64,000 bases of DNA from Promethearchaeota archaeon (GTDB lineage: Archaea > Asgardarchaeota > Lokiarchaeia > Sigyniarchaeales > SOKP01): assembly GCA_030599585.1 (NCBI GenBank), contig JAUVNS010000011.1:96001-160000 (forward strand), given 5' to 3'. Position 1 is the stretch's first letter, and every line of letters begins with the position of its first letter. The notes beneath the pieces are model-generated. The model was not told the DNA's origin. It worked only from the letters and a program-made list of their open reading frames with translations, and made no database searches. The position numbers and the translations under genes are program-made. Below are positions 30,847-40,215 of the stretch, piece by piece.

Positions 30847-31428
30847 TTGAATAAAACGTGTTTTAAGTTGGAAAAAATTGTAGTAAAACTCGAGGATTCT
30901 TTAAATCGGGTAAATTTTATTTTCAAAAACGAAAAAATCACTACCGAATGCATAGACAATTACAATCGTTTTTCCATACTAGGAAGCAATTTTGGCCCTT
31001 TTGAGAAAGGTGAAAAATATACGATACCCTTTTTTGTTGCACTCCCTCTCATAAAAAATAACATCCTTAAAATTGCATCAAACGAAAAATGCGATAATGT
31101 TGATGTCCAAAGATATGCTATAAGCGAAAGAGATAATCAGATGCTTATACAAAGAGATAACTTATATTTCTTAAACAAAATTAAGGAGTTTAAATTTTTC
31201 ATCGAAAAAGAGGTAGAAGAAAAGAACAAACCAAAAATAAATTCGGATTTGTTTACATCATATTCAACAAATATTGTGGATAGCCGGCTTTTAAAATTGC
31301 TAAAATTAGCTAAATCTAATCTATCTGTAGAAGATGAGAGGAGATTAACATCTTCTGAAATGATCCTGTTTAACAAGTTGTCTGAGCTAATAAAAGGTTG
31401 GAGAACATTTTTTTTAAATAACAAATAG
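30847..31428 (+). CDS. GINS subunit, Gins23-type (B-A domain order)
   Basis: N-terminal GPFEKGEKYTIPFFVALPL B-domain; C-terminal RLLKLLKLA...LTSSEMILFNKLSELIKGW; near mcm. Start may be TTG at 30868. Confidence 0.7.
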   Translation: MNKTCFKLEKIVVKLEDSLNRVNFIFKNEKITTECIDNYNRFSILGSNFGPFEKGEKYTIPFFVALPLIKNNILKIASNEKCDNVDVQRYAISERDNQMLIQRDNLYFLNKIKEFKFFIEKEVEEKNKPKINSDLFTSYSTNIVDSRLLKLLKLAKSNLSVEDERRLTSSEMILFNKLSELIKGWRTFFLNNK

Positions 31429-31441
31429 AAACCATATAATT

Positions 31442-32125
31442 TTAGAATTTGATCTCCTTTTTACCATATTTTTTAAAGTAATTTTCAATATGGGTAGCGA
31501 CTGTTGGGTTAAGTTTTAATTTCGGTATTATATCTATTGCATCGCTCATTGAATAATATTTTACTCCTTTCTTGTTGAGGGCTTCTTCTACAGTAAATCC
31601 ATCATCTCTAATCTCATTTCGATTCGTTAAACCGATAGCAGCTATAATATTCACATTAATTTTTGTTAAATCATCAATTGTGTTAAGCATGGAACTTCCA
31701 GTTGTAGATGTGTCTTCAAGTAATATTACATTTCCTTTGGGAATTCCAAGAAAAAACTTATCCTTTAAATCCCCATGTTCCTTTGGTTTTCCCCGCCCCA
31801 TCGATAGCGTATACATACCAGGCTTTATTTTTTTATCCTTGAACGCCCATTTAAATTGAGTAATTATACCTAATTTCGTTGCTCCTTCAGGTACGCCATA
31901 AAAGCAATCTGGTTTAAGGTTTAGATGCTTTACAAATAATAAAAGATAATCACTAATCGTATTTAATAAAAAAACATCTTCAGCAACTGTTCTCCAATTT
32001 ACATACCAGTACGATTTTCGACCTGATTTAAGCGTTATTGGCTCATCAAAAAACCCAATCACTCTATTTTTAATAATAAAATTATAAAAATTTTTCTTTT
32101 CTAGTTCCCAACTCATTTTATTCAA
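31442..32125 (-). CDS. pyrE: Orotate phosphoribosyltransferase
   Basis: TLKSGRKSYWYVN, RGKPKEHG, LLEDTSTTGSS PRPP motif. Confidence 0.85.
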   Translation of the reverse strand: MNKMSWELEKKNFYNFIIKNRVIGFFDEPITLKSGRKSYWYVNWRTVAEDVFLLNTISDYLLLFVKHLNLKPDCFYGVPEGATKLGIITQFKWAFKDKKIKPGMYTLSMGRGKPKEHGDLKDKFFLGIPKGNVILLEDTSTTGSSMLNTIDDLTKINVNIIAAIGLTNRNEIRDDGFTVEEALNKKGVKYYSMSDAIDIIPKLKLNPTVATHIENYFKKYGKKEIKF

Positions 32126-32126
32126 C

Positions 32127-32645
32127 TTATTCTTTTAAAACTAAATATTCTTTCCGAGCCTTTGCGTATTCTTCTCCACTAAGATTACCAGCTAAGAACA
32201 ATTTTTCTTTTTCCTGCATTATTTTTCTTTTTTCAGCTAAGTCCTTCTTTCTTTCGGCTTTCTTAAATTTATCGATTATTGAATTGCTAAGGTTTTTTAC
32301 TTCCTTATTGTTCTTTTTTACTAATTTTTCTACATAGGGCTTTATTGGTTTAACCATTTCGATATTTTTTTTTGCTAATTCCTCAATTCTAACCAAAGCT
32401 TTATTTACTTCTTCGATATTATCTCCATCAAGGACCTCGATTAAGCCGGGAATCGCAACATCAGTAAGGACTTCATCAAGATATTTCTCTATTTCTTTTT
32501 TAAGTTTTGGATCGTTATATGATTTTAGTTGATTATTGCGGATGTATTCAATAAAAATAAGTGGCAGTTCAATTGACCATTGTTTCATCTTTTCCTTATC
32601 GATGAGTTGTACAATCCCCCCATCTTTTTTATAAAAAATTTTCAA
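32127..32645 (-). CDS. Hypothetical protein with short HEAT-like repeats and a SHOCT-like C-terminus
   Basis: AIPGLIEVLD...ALVRIEELA; LFLAGNLSGEEYAKARKEYL; abuts the top6A stop. Confidence 0.6.
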   Translation of the reverse strand: MKIFYKKDGGIVQLIDKEKMKQWSIELPLIFIEYIRNNQLKSYNDPKLKKEIEKYLDEVLTDVAIPGLIEVLDGDNIEEVNKALVRIEELAKKNIEMVKPIKPYVEKLVKKNNKEVKNLSNSIIDKFKKAERKKDLAEKRKIMQEKEKLFLAGNLSGEEYAKARKEYLVLKE

Positions 32646-33839
32646 TTATATCCAATCTCCAGTTGATAGTTTTTCAGGTATATATTGATCTGTCAAAAAT
32701 TCAAATCCAAAAGTCGAGAGAGCTTGAATTTCCGCTTTTACTTTTAATTTTAGAGCTAATTTTAGGTCAGTTTCCCAAGCTTTATTTTTTTTGACAAAAT
32801 CTTCGTTTAACATCTCTTTAGTCCTCTTAATATCTGTTTGATTCATAGGAATTGTGCAATCGTTGGGAATTTTATATTTTTCTAAATCCCTAGTAAGTAC
32901 ACCTAAGAGTTTTATATCGGGAGTTGCTAAAAAAGGTGATTCGTAACTTAAACGTTTAGATCCTCGTAAGTAAACTGAATGAATGTAATGCCCATATGGG
33001 TCGCTATCAACTAAAGTAAAAACAGGCAACTGGAGTTCCTTACTAACCCTTCTTAGGAACATACGTGTAGCAATATCCGCAGCACCCTTTGCTGTTAATA
33101 TTATACAGGGATATTTTCTCCAAAATCTAGCTTCTGATAATCTTATCATTGCCGCGTCTTTTTCTAAAACTAAAATAAATTCTGCATCTGATTCAAGTAT
33201 TTCAATATTATCAAGCATTGGACTAATCGTCCAACCTCCACTTCCTAATCCTTCCAAATCAATTATATCATTCCTATCTCTAATTCTAAGGCGTCCAATG
33301 CATGATCCTTTAGCTGAAGCTACAATATGTGTTGAATTTCTAGTCGTATATAACATTGTAGCGACATCCTCAATACATTTGTCGCTATTCTTCTGATCTC
33401 CAAATAATTGAACTGATGCGTAAAATATTTCTCTTTTTGTGGCATGCATATCCTTGAGCAATAGTTCATTGACTTTCTCAAGTACTTTCATTAATCTTGT
33501 CATGTCAGCAACACTACCGAGCGAATGGAACTGTTTTTCCATGATCTGCTGTCCTAATAGTAGTAAATCATTCTCTTCGTCCCAGATAATATTTGCACTA
33601 GTTCTCGAAGGTAATTTAATCGAGGGTCTTCCATTTTCATAAATCATGTCTATTAAAGAATCCGTTAATTTGTAGATACGTTCTAAAGTTTGTTTTCTAT
33701 TTAAATTGTCAATTTTCACTGTATTTTCCGGTAGTTTTATTTCTTTTTTCTTTTCTTCTATACCTTTTTTCAAATACTCTTGAAAAAGCTTTTTGGCTGC
33801 TTTAAGATTCCATGTTTTACTTTCAGTTTTAATTGACAT
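32646..33839 (-). CDS. top6A: DNA topoisomerase VI subunit A
   Basis: TKREIFY catalytic Tyr, LEKDA, DSDPYG Toprim, KAEIQAL; ATG at 33839 preferred over GTG at 33848. Confidence 0.95.
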   Translation of the reverse strand: MSIKTESKTWNLKAAKKLFQEYLKKGIEEKKKEIKLPENTVKIDNLNRKQTLERIYKLTDSLIDMIYENGRPSIKLPSRTSANIIWDEENDLLLLGQQIMEKQFHSLGSVADMTRLMKVLEKVNELLLKDMHATKREIFYASVQLFGDQKNSDKCIEDVATMLYTTRNSTHIVASAKGSCIGRLRIRDRNDIIDLEGLGSGGWTISPMLDNIEILESDAEFILVLEKDAAMIRLSEARFWRKYPCIILTAKGAADIATRMFLRRVSKELQLPVFTLVDSDPYGHYIHSVYLRGSKRLSYESPFLATPDIKLLGVLTRDLEKYKIPNDCTIPMNQTDIKRTKEMLNEDFVKKNKAWETDLKLALKLKVKAEIQALSTFGFEFLTDQYIPEKLSTGDWI

Positions 33840-33849
33840 TATTATCACG

Positions 33850-36800
33850 CTATTTAGATTTCCAATGTTTTTTTCCCTTCTTGGTTTCTACCATTACCAA
33901 TCCCTTGCGCTCTAATTCCTTCAGTTTTATCTGTAAAAAACGAGCATCCATCATATCTTTTATTTTCATTTTAAATATTAAAGCTGTTATTGCTTGCCAA
34001 TCTTCAGATAATGCGTCTATTATTTTCTCTGTAGTAATTATTGGCAATTGAGTTTGAGTTAGCGCGGGTTTAGGCTGTTGAGCAGTAATTACTGGTTCTT
34101 TTTTAACCGGTTGTTGATGAATTATTTCACCCTTGGCAATTTGTAATTGTTTTCTTTTTTTGGCTATGGTTCCCGGTGGAACTGGTTCGATTTTTAATGG
34201 TGCCTTTGCTATTTTGTCCAAGGGTATCCTTTTTTCTGGTTTTCCTTTATCATAAAATTCTTGAATAAATTTAATAATTTCTGATTTTCGAGCTTTAGAT
34301 GGTAGAGAAATGTTCTTTTCCATACAATATTCTTTTAGTTGATTGATAGTCCAGTTAAGAAGAGTTCTTACACTAAGAAGCTCATCACTAGGTTTAATTT
34401 TTTCAGGAATGCTCTTTTCCTGAACACCCGTGTCTTCCCATTGAATCTCAACTTTTTTAGGTTCTAATTCAATAGGCTCTATCTTTTCAGGTTCGGATGG
34501 TTTCTTTTCTTTAATTTTAGGAGGCACTTTTACTCCAATTGCATTTCTCATCAAGTCTTCCAATTCCTTTTCTGAAATTTTCCCCTTATATTTTCCTTCT
34601 CCTTGTGATACGATATTATAGGCACTTTGAACGAATATTGGGATATATTTCTCAATTAAACCAGCTCTTTTCTCGCTCTTTCGAATATTCGCTCTACGAT
34701 TAAGATATACCCTCAAACGTCTTCCTATGGCCTCAAGACAAAATTTAATCTCTTTAAGTAAATCTTCGTCTTCAGCTAATGCGTTTTTCGATTGAGATTT
34801 AAACATCAAATGGACATAAGGCCCTGAAATATTTACGAGAAGTTTAATTGGACCTTTTGGTAGATTATTATCATACACATCTAATTTATAATTTTTCCAA
34901 TTCACAGATTGAACTGCTTTAGTGATAGCACAATCGGCACTATCTCTTAACTTAGGAGTTCTATTAACGAATCTTGAGAGAACATCCCTGGAACGTTTGG
35001 GAGTTTCAAGTTTCTTCGAATCGTTACAATACGCCAATGCAGCTTCAACAACATATGCTAATCCTTTGCCCGAAGTAGGTGGTCTTGTTTCTGCGCTTAC
35101 AAAATCATCATCTTTAGTGTAAATTTCGGTGAAGAAATCAAAAACATCGCGATAAGAATCTTTCTGAACTTCTGTAACAGAATTTAATTTTTTTTCAATT
35201 GTTCTCTGAAATTCTTCTGGTTCTAAATACTGGTCTTTAATATCAATACTAACGAGAATTCTGGAGTTGAAATTTTTAACATCTTCAGGTGTTAGTATAG
35301 TATCTTTTATTTTATTTTCGATGTGTTGTTGTTTGTCTTGATCTCTCTTCAATTCTTCTTGAAGAATATCATAAGACATTTTTACATTTTCAATAGGGGC
35401 ATCAAAATCATCAATATTCTCCGAGATTTTAAGTCCAATTTCTTTAATCAGCGTATTTTCTAATACAATATCTCCAACTGGAATCGCTGTATCTGTTGGT
35501 GGTGACATATATTTGATAGATTTAAAGGCGTGGAAAAGTGAGTTAAATTGGTCGTTAGTTAAATCAGAGGGTTTTACTTTTGAAATTTGAACTTCGTTGA
35601 TTAAATCTTCCAGTTCTGCACGATTATTTAATTTTTTAACCTCTATTAAGCCAGTATTATCTTTAAAAATCTTTTCTAAATCATTTTTAATTTTTTCTCT
35701 TTCTTGGAAAATTCTATCTACATCTTTTAGTAGATTACTAACTTCTTTTTCAATTTTTTTTATGTCTTTTTTTGTCTCGGATTTATCAATACGATTGCGG
35801 TGTTTTTTTATTTCTCTATATATTTTTTCTAAATCTTTATCAAAATTGTTATTTTTATCCATAGATTCCCAGTATTTAATCTTCAATTCTTCTGAATTAA
35901 TATTGTAGATAATCAATTTATCGCGCGGTTTTGTTGAACGTCCGTAAACCCTAGTTTCATACTTAAATAAGTATATTAAATCACTTCTCTTCACTAATTT
36001 GTTTATGAATCCATTTTTAAGTATCATTAGAGATAGTTTATCTTCTAAGTTTCTTTCTGCAATTTTCAAAATCTCTTTTGCTGTTTTTGAACTCAATCTC
36101 ACGAAATTATCCTGTAGAAAAGCGGATATCGTAAAATTTTCTGATTTTGTTAAGAGATCTTGTAAATCACCAATATTAGTTGATGATGGGTGAGGTTTAG
36201 CATATTTTGGTTGTTTTGGGAAACTTGAGACTAATCGTCTGTAAATCCATTCTTTTCCATATGGATCTATAAAAATAAGAGTTATGTGGGGATTCAATAA
36301 AGCGGTTTCTTTAATGTAGGTATCTACGAAACCACGAGTGTATTTTACATTTAAATAGTTCAATTTTATATATGTCCCATGTAAGAACGGGCTACTACAG
36401 TCTGTAGGACGAACTAAATATTTCTTTTCATTTTTAGAGGTTGTAAAAAATTCTGAAACAGTAGCATATATAGTATTTTTTGACTTTGATACTGCTACTA
36501 TTGGTTTCCCAGTTGTATTTTGGGCATCGCTAAATGCACTCGGGGCACCGAAACCCTGACTTCCACGGGTTTGCTTCAATTCAAGGCTTTTTGAAGAAGC
36601 TAGATACTTACCAAATTTCCGCATATCTCCTTTGTGCATGCCAATACCATTATCAAAAATTTCGAATGTATAACTCATAACATTTTTCTGGGATAATTCA
36701 GAAGTTAAAAAGGTAGCAGCTTCAGATTCTCTCAAGCGAATAATAACAATTGGTTCAAGATCTACAATGGGCTCTACAGGTTTTATGATTTCGTTCATAT

Positions 36801-37239
36801 CTTCAATTATTCTTTTTACTTCTTCTTCTACTTCGAGCTCTTCTTTATCGGCGATTTCTCCAGATTCGTCTTCCATATCGTTGATTGGATCTATTTCAGT
36901 GTTAGATGTTTCTGTAGGTGCGTGTCCGATTTCTTGCATTAGAGCAAATTTTGCTTCATTTGATAGAGGCTGATCAATTTCATCTTTTTTCGCTTCTTGA
37001 AGAATTGATAAATTTTCCAAAGTTAATTCTTGATCTAGAGAAAATTGAGTTCGTGAATCACCCTCTTTTAACTCCTTCCACTGAAATTCTTCAATAGCAT
37101 CTAACGCGTTATCTAGAAATTCAGAGGCGTATTGCTGATGTTTCCAATAACCAAACTCAAAACCCACTAATTGAGTCCGCTTTCTCATAAATTGTGCTAT
37201 CGTCCCTTGCTTTATCCTGCCTTCTTCATCAGAGGAAAT
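33850..37239 (-). CDS. top6B: DNA topoisomerase VI subunit B, enlarged by insertions, a HeH-like module and a C-terminal wH
   Basis: EFLDNALDA, DNGIG, RGSQGFG, PHP, RFVNRTP. Frame is open upstream of 37188 (ISSDEEGRIKQGTIAQF-MRKR); a probable ATT start at 37239 follows GGTG. Confidence 0.9.
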   Translation of the reverse strand: MSSDEEGRIKQGTIAQFMRKRTQLVGFEFGYWKHQQYASEFLDNALDAIEEFQWKELKEGDSRTQFSLDQELTLENLSILQEAKKDEIDQPLSNEAKFALMQEIGHAPTETSNTEIDPINDMEDESGEIADKEELEVEEEVKRIIEDMNEIIKPVEPIVDLEPIVIIRLRESEAATFLTSELSQKNVMSYTFEIFDNGIGMHKGDMRKFGKYLASSKSLELKQTRGSQGFGAPSAFSDAQNTTGKPIVAVSKSKNTIYATVSEFFTTSKNEKKYLVRPTDCSSPFLHGTYIKLNYLNVKYTRGFVDTYIKETALLNPHITLIFIDPYGKEWIYRRLVSSFPKQPKYAKPHPSSTNIGDLQDLLTKSENFTISAFLQDNFVRLSSKTAKEILKIAERNLEDKLSLMILKNGFINKLVKRSDLIYLFKYETRVYGRSTKPRDKLIIYNINSEELKIKYWESMDKNNNFDKDLEKIYREIKKHRNRIDKSETKKDIKKIEKEVSNLLKDVDRIFQEREKIKNDLEKIFKDNTGLIEVKKLNNRAELEDLINEVQISKVKPSDLTNDQFNSLFHAFKSIKYMSPPTDTAIPVGDIVLENTLIKEIGLKISENIDDFDAPIENVKMSYDILQEELKRDQDKQQHIENKIKDTILTPEDVKNFNSRILVSIDIKDQYLEPEEFQRTIEKKLNSVTEVQKDSYRDVFDFFTEIYTKDDDFVSAETRPPTSGKGLAYVVEAALAYCNDSKKLETPKRSRDVLSRFVNRTPKLRDSADCAITKAVQSVNWKNYKLDVYDNNLPKGPIKLLVNISGPYVHLMFKSQSKNALAEDEDLLKEIKFCLEAIGRRLRVYLNRRANIRKSEKRAGLIEKYIPIFVQSAYNIVSQGEGKYKGKISEKELEDLMRNAIGVKVPPKIKEKKPSEPEKIEPIELEPKKVEIQWEDTGVQEKSIPEKIKPSDELLSVRTLLNWTINQLKEYCMEKNISLPSKARKSEIIKFIQEFYDKGKPEKRIPLDKIAKAPLKIEPVPPGTIAKKRKQLQIAKGEIIHQQPVKKEPVITAQQPKPALTQTQLPIITTEKIIDALSEDWQAITALIFKMKIKDMMDARFLQIKLKELERKGLVMVETKKGKKHWKSK

Positions 37240-37464
37240 TTTAATTACACCAATCTGTTTTTTATCATTAAAACTCGATTATCAAATATTTACATAAAAG
37301 ATTTTATAAGTATTATAATTAATATTGCACGAAAAATCTAATACTTACGCAAATCAATCAATTTTACAAATTGTATTTGGTCAATCATTTTGAACAGAAA
37401 TTGAATTACTATTTAAATCTTTTCTTCTTAAACGACAAAAAATTTTAAAGAGTAGTAGAGGTTT

Positions 37465-38742
37465 TTAATTTTCTCTTGATCGGTAATTATCTAAAGCAAC
37501 ATCAATGATTTTTGATGCTACATATCTTTTAGTATGCTTTTCGATATGAGTTATGTGCTTTTCTTTGTTAATTATGTATACTTCATTATCTTTGCTATTG
37601 AAACCTATGTCTTCGCGACCTACATCGTTAGCAACTATAAGATCTGCTTCGGATTTTAAAAGTCTGTTATAAGCACGATCAATTAATTCTGTTCTTGAAA
37701 CATTTATTTCTGCTTTAAAAGCAATTATGAAAAGTTTGTAGTCTTTCCGTCGTGCTACCTTCAATATTTTAGGCGTTAGATGCATGGTAACGTTCAGTTT
37801 TTCTACACTATCTGAAGAAATTTTACCTTCAATGAAATCTACTGGCTTATAATCCGATACCGCTGCTGCAGATATAAACATATCGTAATTTGAGTACGAA
37901 AGTTCGTCTTTTATTTTTTTAGTGAAATCTTCAGCAGATTCCACATGAATGGTATTAATGTAGTCAGGTATTTTTACCATGCATTCACCTGCAACTAGCA
38001 ATACATCAGCCCCTCTAGCAGATGCCTCCTTAGCAAGTTCGATACCCATTCTTCCCGATGATTTATTAGATAAATATCGGATTGAATCAATAGCTTCGCG
38101 ACTAGGACCGGCTGTGATTAAAACTTTTTTACCTTCAAGGTCTCTTGTGGTAATCAAAAGGTCTATTACTTTATCAATTATATCATCCACTTTTGCAATT
38201 TTAGCCTTTCCTTCAGATAATCGTGGACCTAATACATTTATACCACATTCTTTCAATCTAGCGATATTTCTCTCAATAATAGGATGAAACATACTGGCAT
38301 GCATAGCTGGAACTATTACAATTGGTATAGTTGATCCAAATGCGGTTGAAATTACTGTGGTAACTGGTGTATCGTCAATTCCATTTGCGATTTTAGAAAT
38401 AGTATTTGCTGTAGCTGGTGAAACTAAGATTATATCTGCTTTTCCGAAATGATTAGGCCTATCACCTGCTAAAAATACATGTTCAACTGCTCCAGTTAAC
38501 TTAGTTATGACGGGATTTCCCGTTGCCCAATGCATTAAAGAAGGATTAATTAATTCAGTAGCAGCTTTTGACATTATAACAATTACTTCAGCACCTAAAC
38601 GCATTAACTCTCGGGCAATTACGGGGGAATTAATACATGCTACTGAGCCAGTTAAACACATACATACAGTTTTTCCTTTTAATATTGTTCCCTTGCTTTC
38701 GATAATATCTTTTGAGGGGTGTTTCATGAATTCGTTTACCAT
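37465..38742 (-). CDS. coaBC: Bifunctional phosphopantothenoylcysteine decarboxylase/synthase
   Basis: LTGSVA, PATANTISKIANG, PAMH, TAGPSRE, SNKSSGRMG, AAAVSDY, FKAE. Confidence 0.95.
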   Translation of the reverse strand: MVNEFMKHPSKDIIESKGTILKGKTVCMCLTGSVACINSPVIARELMRLGAEVIVIMSKAATELINPSLMHWATGNPVITKLTGAVEHVFLAGDRPNHFGKADIILVSPATANTISKIANGIDDTPVTTVISTAFGSTIPIVIVPAMHASMFHPIIERNIARLKECGINVLGPRLSEGKAKIAKVDDIIDKVIDLLITTRDLEGKKVLITAGPSREAIDSIRYLSNKSSGRMGIELAKEASARGADVLLVAGECMVKIPDYINTIHVESAEDFTKKIKDELSYSNYDMFISAAAVSDYKPVDFIEGKISSDSVEKLNVTMHLTPKILKVARRKDYKLFIIAFKAEINVSRTELIDRAYNRLLKSEADLIVANDVGREDIGFNSKDNEVYIINKEKHITHIEKHTKRYVASKIIDVALDNYRSREN

Positions 38743-39009
38743 GGTTCTGCGATTATTATTAAATTATACTATTATAAAAAAATATGTTTAATATAAAAAT
38801 ATTGTATTTCATTGACTCTCTTTGGAAAATGAGAGAAATTTTTATCGATTAAGATGTCTGGTAGAAGAGTTTTTAGTTATTTTAAATTCGATTACCAGTT
38901 TTTAGCTCCAAGAATCTATTATTTATCGCCTTTCAAAAAACTAAACGTGGAAATTAAATATTTTAATTAATATTCATCTCTAATACCTTTACATAATATT
39001 CTGAGTTTT

Positions 39010-40215
39010 ATGGACAAAATATGCGACCTTCATATTCATAGTCGATATTCTGGAGGAACTAGCAATCAAATAAATATACGAAAAATAGCACAAAATTGTA
39101 GATTAAAAGGAATTGATATTGTTGGAACGGGAGATTGTTTCCACCCCCTATGGTTAAAGGAGATAAATCTAAATTTAGAAGAAGATTCAGTCGGTTTGTT
39201 GACTTTTCCAAGGATACCTCAGGTTAAGTTCGTTCTACAATCAGAAGTCGAATTGTTATGGAAACATAATTCTAACATTAAAAAAGCGCATTTTATCATA
39301 TTACTTCCAAATTCTGATAAGTTAAAAGATGTTTCAGAGTTCTTAGCTAGTTTCGGCAACTTAAATATAGATGGAAGACCCGTACTAAAGATTTCACCCG
39401 AAAAATTCATTGTTAGCATGAATTCTTTTGACAAGATGATTGAAGTCATCCCAGCACATATATTTACTCCATTTTATGGTATTCTGGGAAATAATTTACA
39501 ATTTAAATCGTTAAAGGAAGCATTAGGTGAAGGATTTAAATTCGTACACGCTGTAGAGACAGGGCTAAGCGCTGATCCTACCATGATAAGATGTATTTTT
39601 GAATTAAATAACCTTTCTATAATATCAAATTCTGATAGTCACTCACTACATTTTCATAGATTAGGAAGAGAAGCGACAGTTTTAGATTTACATAGGGAAA
39701 CTTATCGAGATATCATTAAATCAATTAGAGAAAACAGAATCATAAAAACTTACGAATTCAACCCATCAGAAGGAAAATATTATTACGACGGTCACCGTTC
39801 TACACGTCATTCTTCGGCTAATTCGTATTTTTGCAGTCCTAAACGAAATACTATTTATTGCCCTATATGTAGGGACACTCTGACGAAAGGAGTTTTATCG
39901 AGAGTTTATGAATTAAAAGACTCAGAAATGCCAATAAATGAAAATTTTCAATACATTATTCCACTACTACATTTAATATCGATTATTTATGGAGGATCTG
40001 AATATGATAATAAAAATAAATCTTTATATCGAGAAATTGTTAAATCTACCAATGGTGAATATAACATTTGGGAAAATAACACCGATTTTGACCCAATTCC
40101 TAATGAATTACGTGAAGCTATTAATAAAATAAAATTGGGAAATTATTGGTTTATCCCTGGTTACGATGGTGTGTATGGGAAATTACAGTTAGGACAAAAT
40201 TTTAACCACATTTAG
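39010..40215 (+). CDS. Endonuclease Q family PHP-domain protein
   Basis: DLHIHSRYS, GTGDCFHP, PAHIFTP, ETGLSAD, SNSDSHS, LGREA, GKYY, CPIC..KGVLSRV, PGYDGVYG. Confidence 0.85.
   Translation: MDKICDLHIHSRYSGGTSNQINIRKIAQNCRLKGIDIVGTGDCFHPLWLKEINLNLEEDSVGLLTFPRIPQVKFVLQSEVELLWKHNSNIKKAHFIILLPNSDKLKDVSEFLASFGNLNIDGRPVLKISPEKFIVSMNSFDKMIEVIPAHIFTPFYGILGNNLQFKSLKEALGEGFKFVHAVETGLSADPTMIRCIFELNNLSIISNSDSHSLHFHRLGREATVLDLHRETYRDIIKSIRENRIIKTYEFNPSEGKYYYDGHRSTRHSSANSYFCSPKRNTIYCPICRDTLTKGVLSRVYELKDSEMPINENFQYIIPLLHLISIIYGGSEYDNKNKSLYREIVKSTNGEYNIWENNTDFDPIPNELREAINKIKLGNYWFIPGYDGVYGKLQLGQNFNHI

Noticed and set aside
35110-37090. Top6B insertions as possible inteins
   Set aside because: No Cys/Ser start with His-Asn end and no LAGLIDADG blocks seen; MCM also shows no intein
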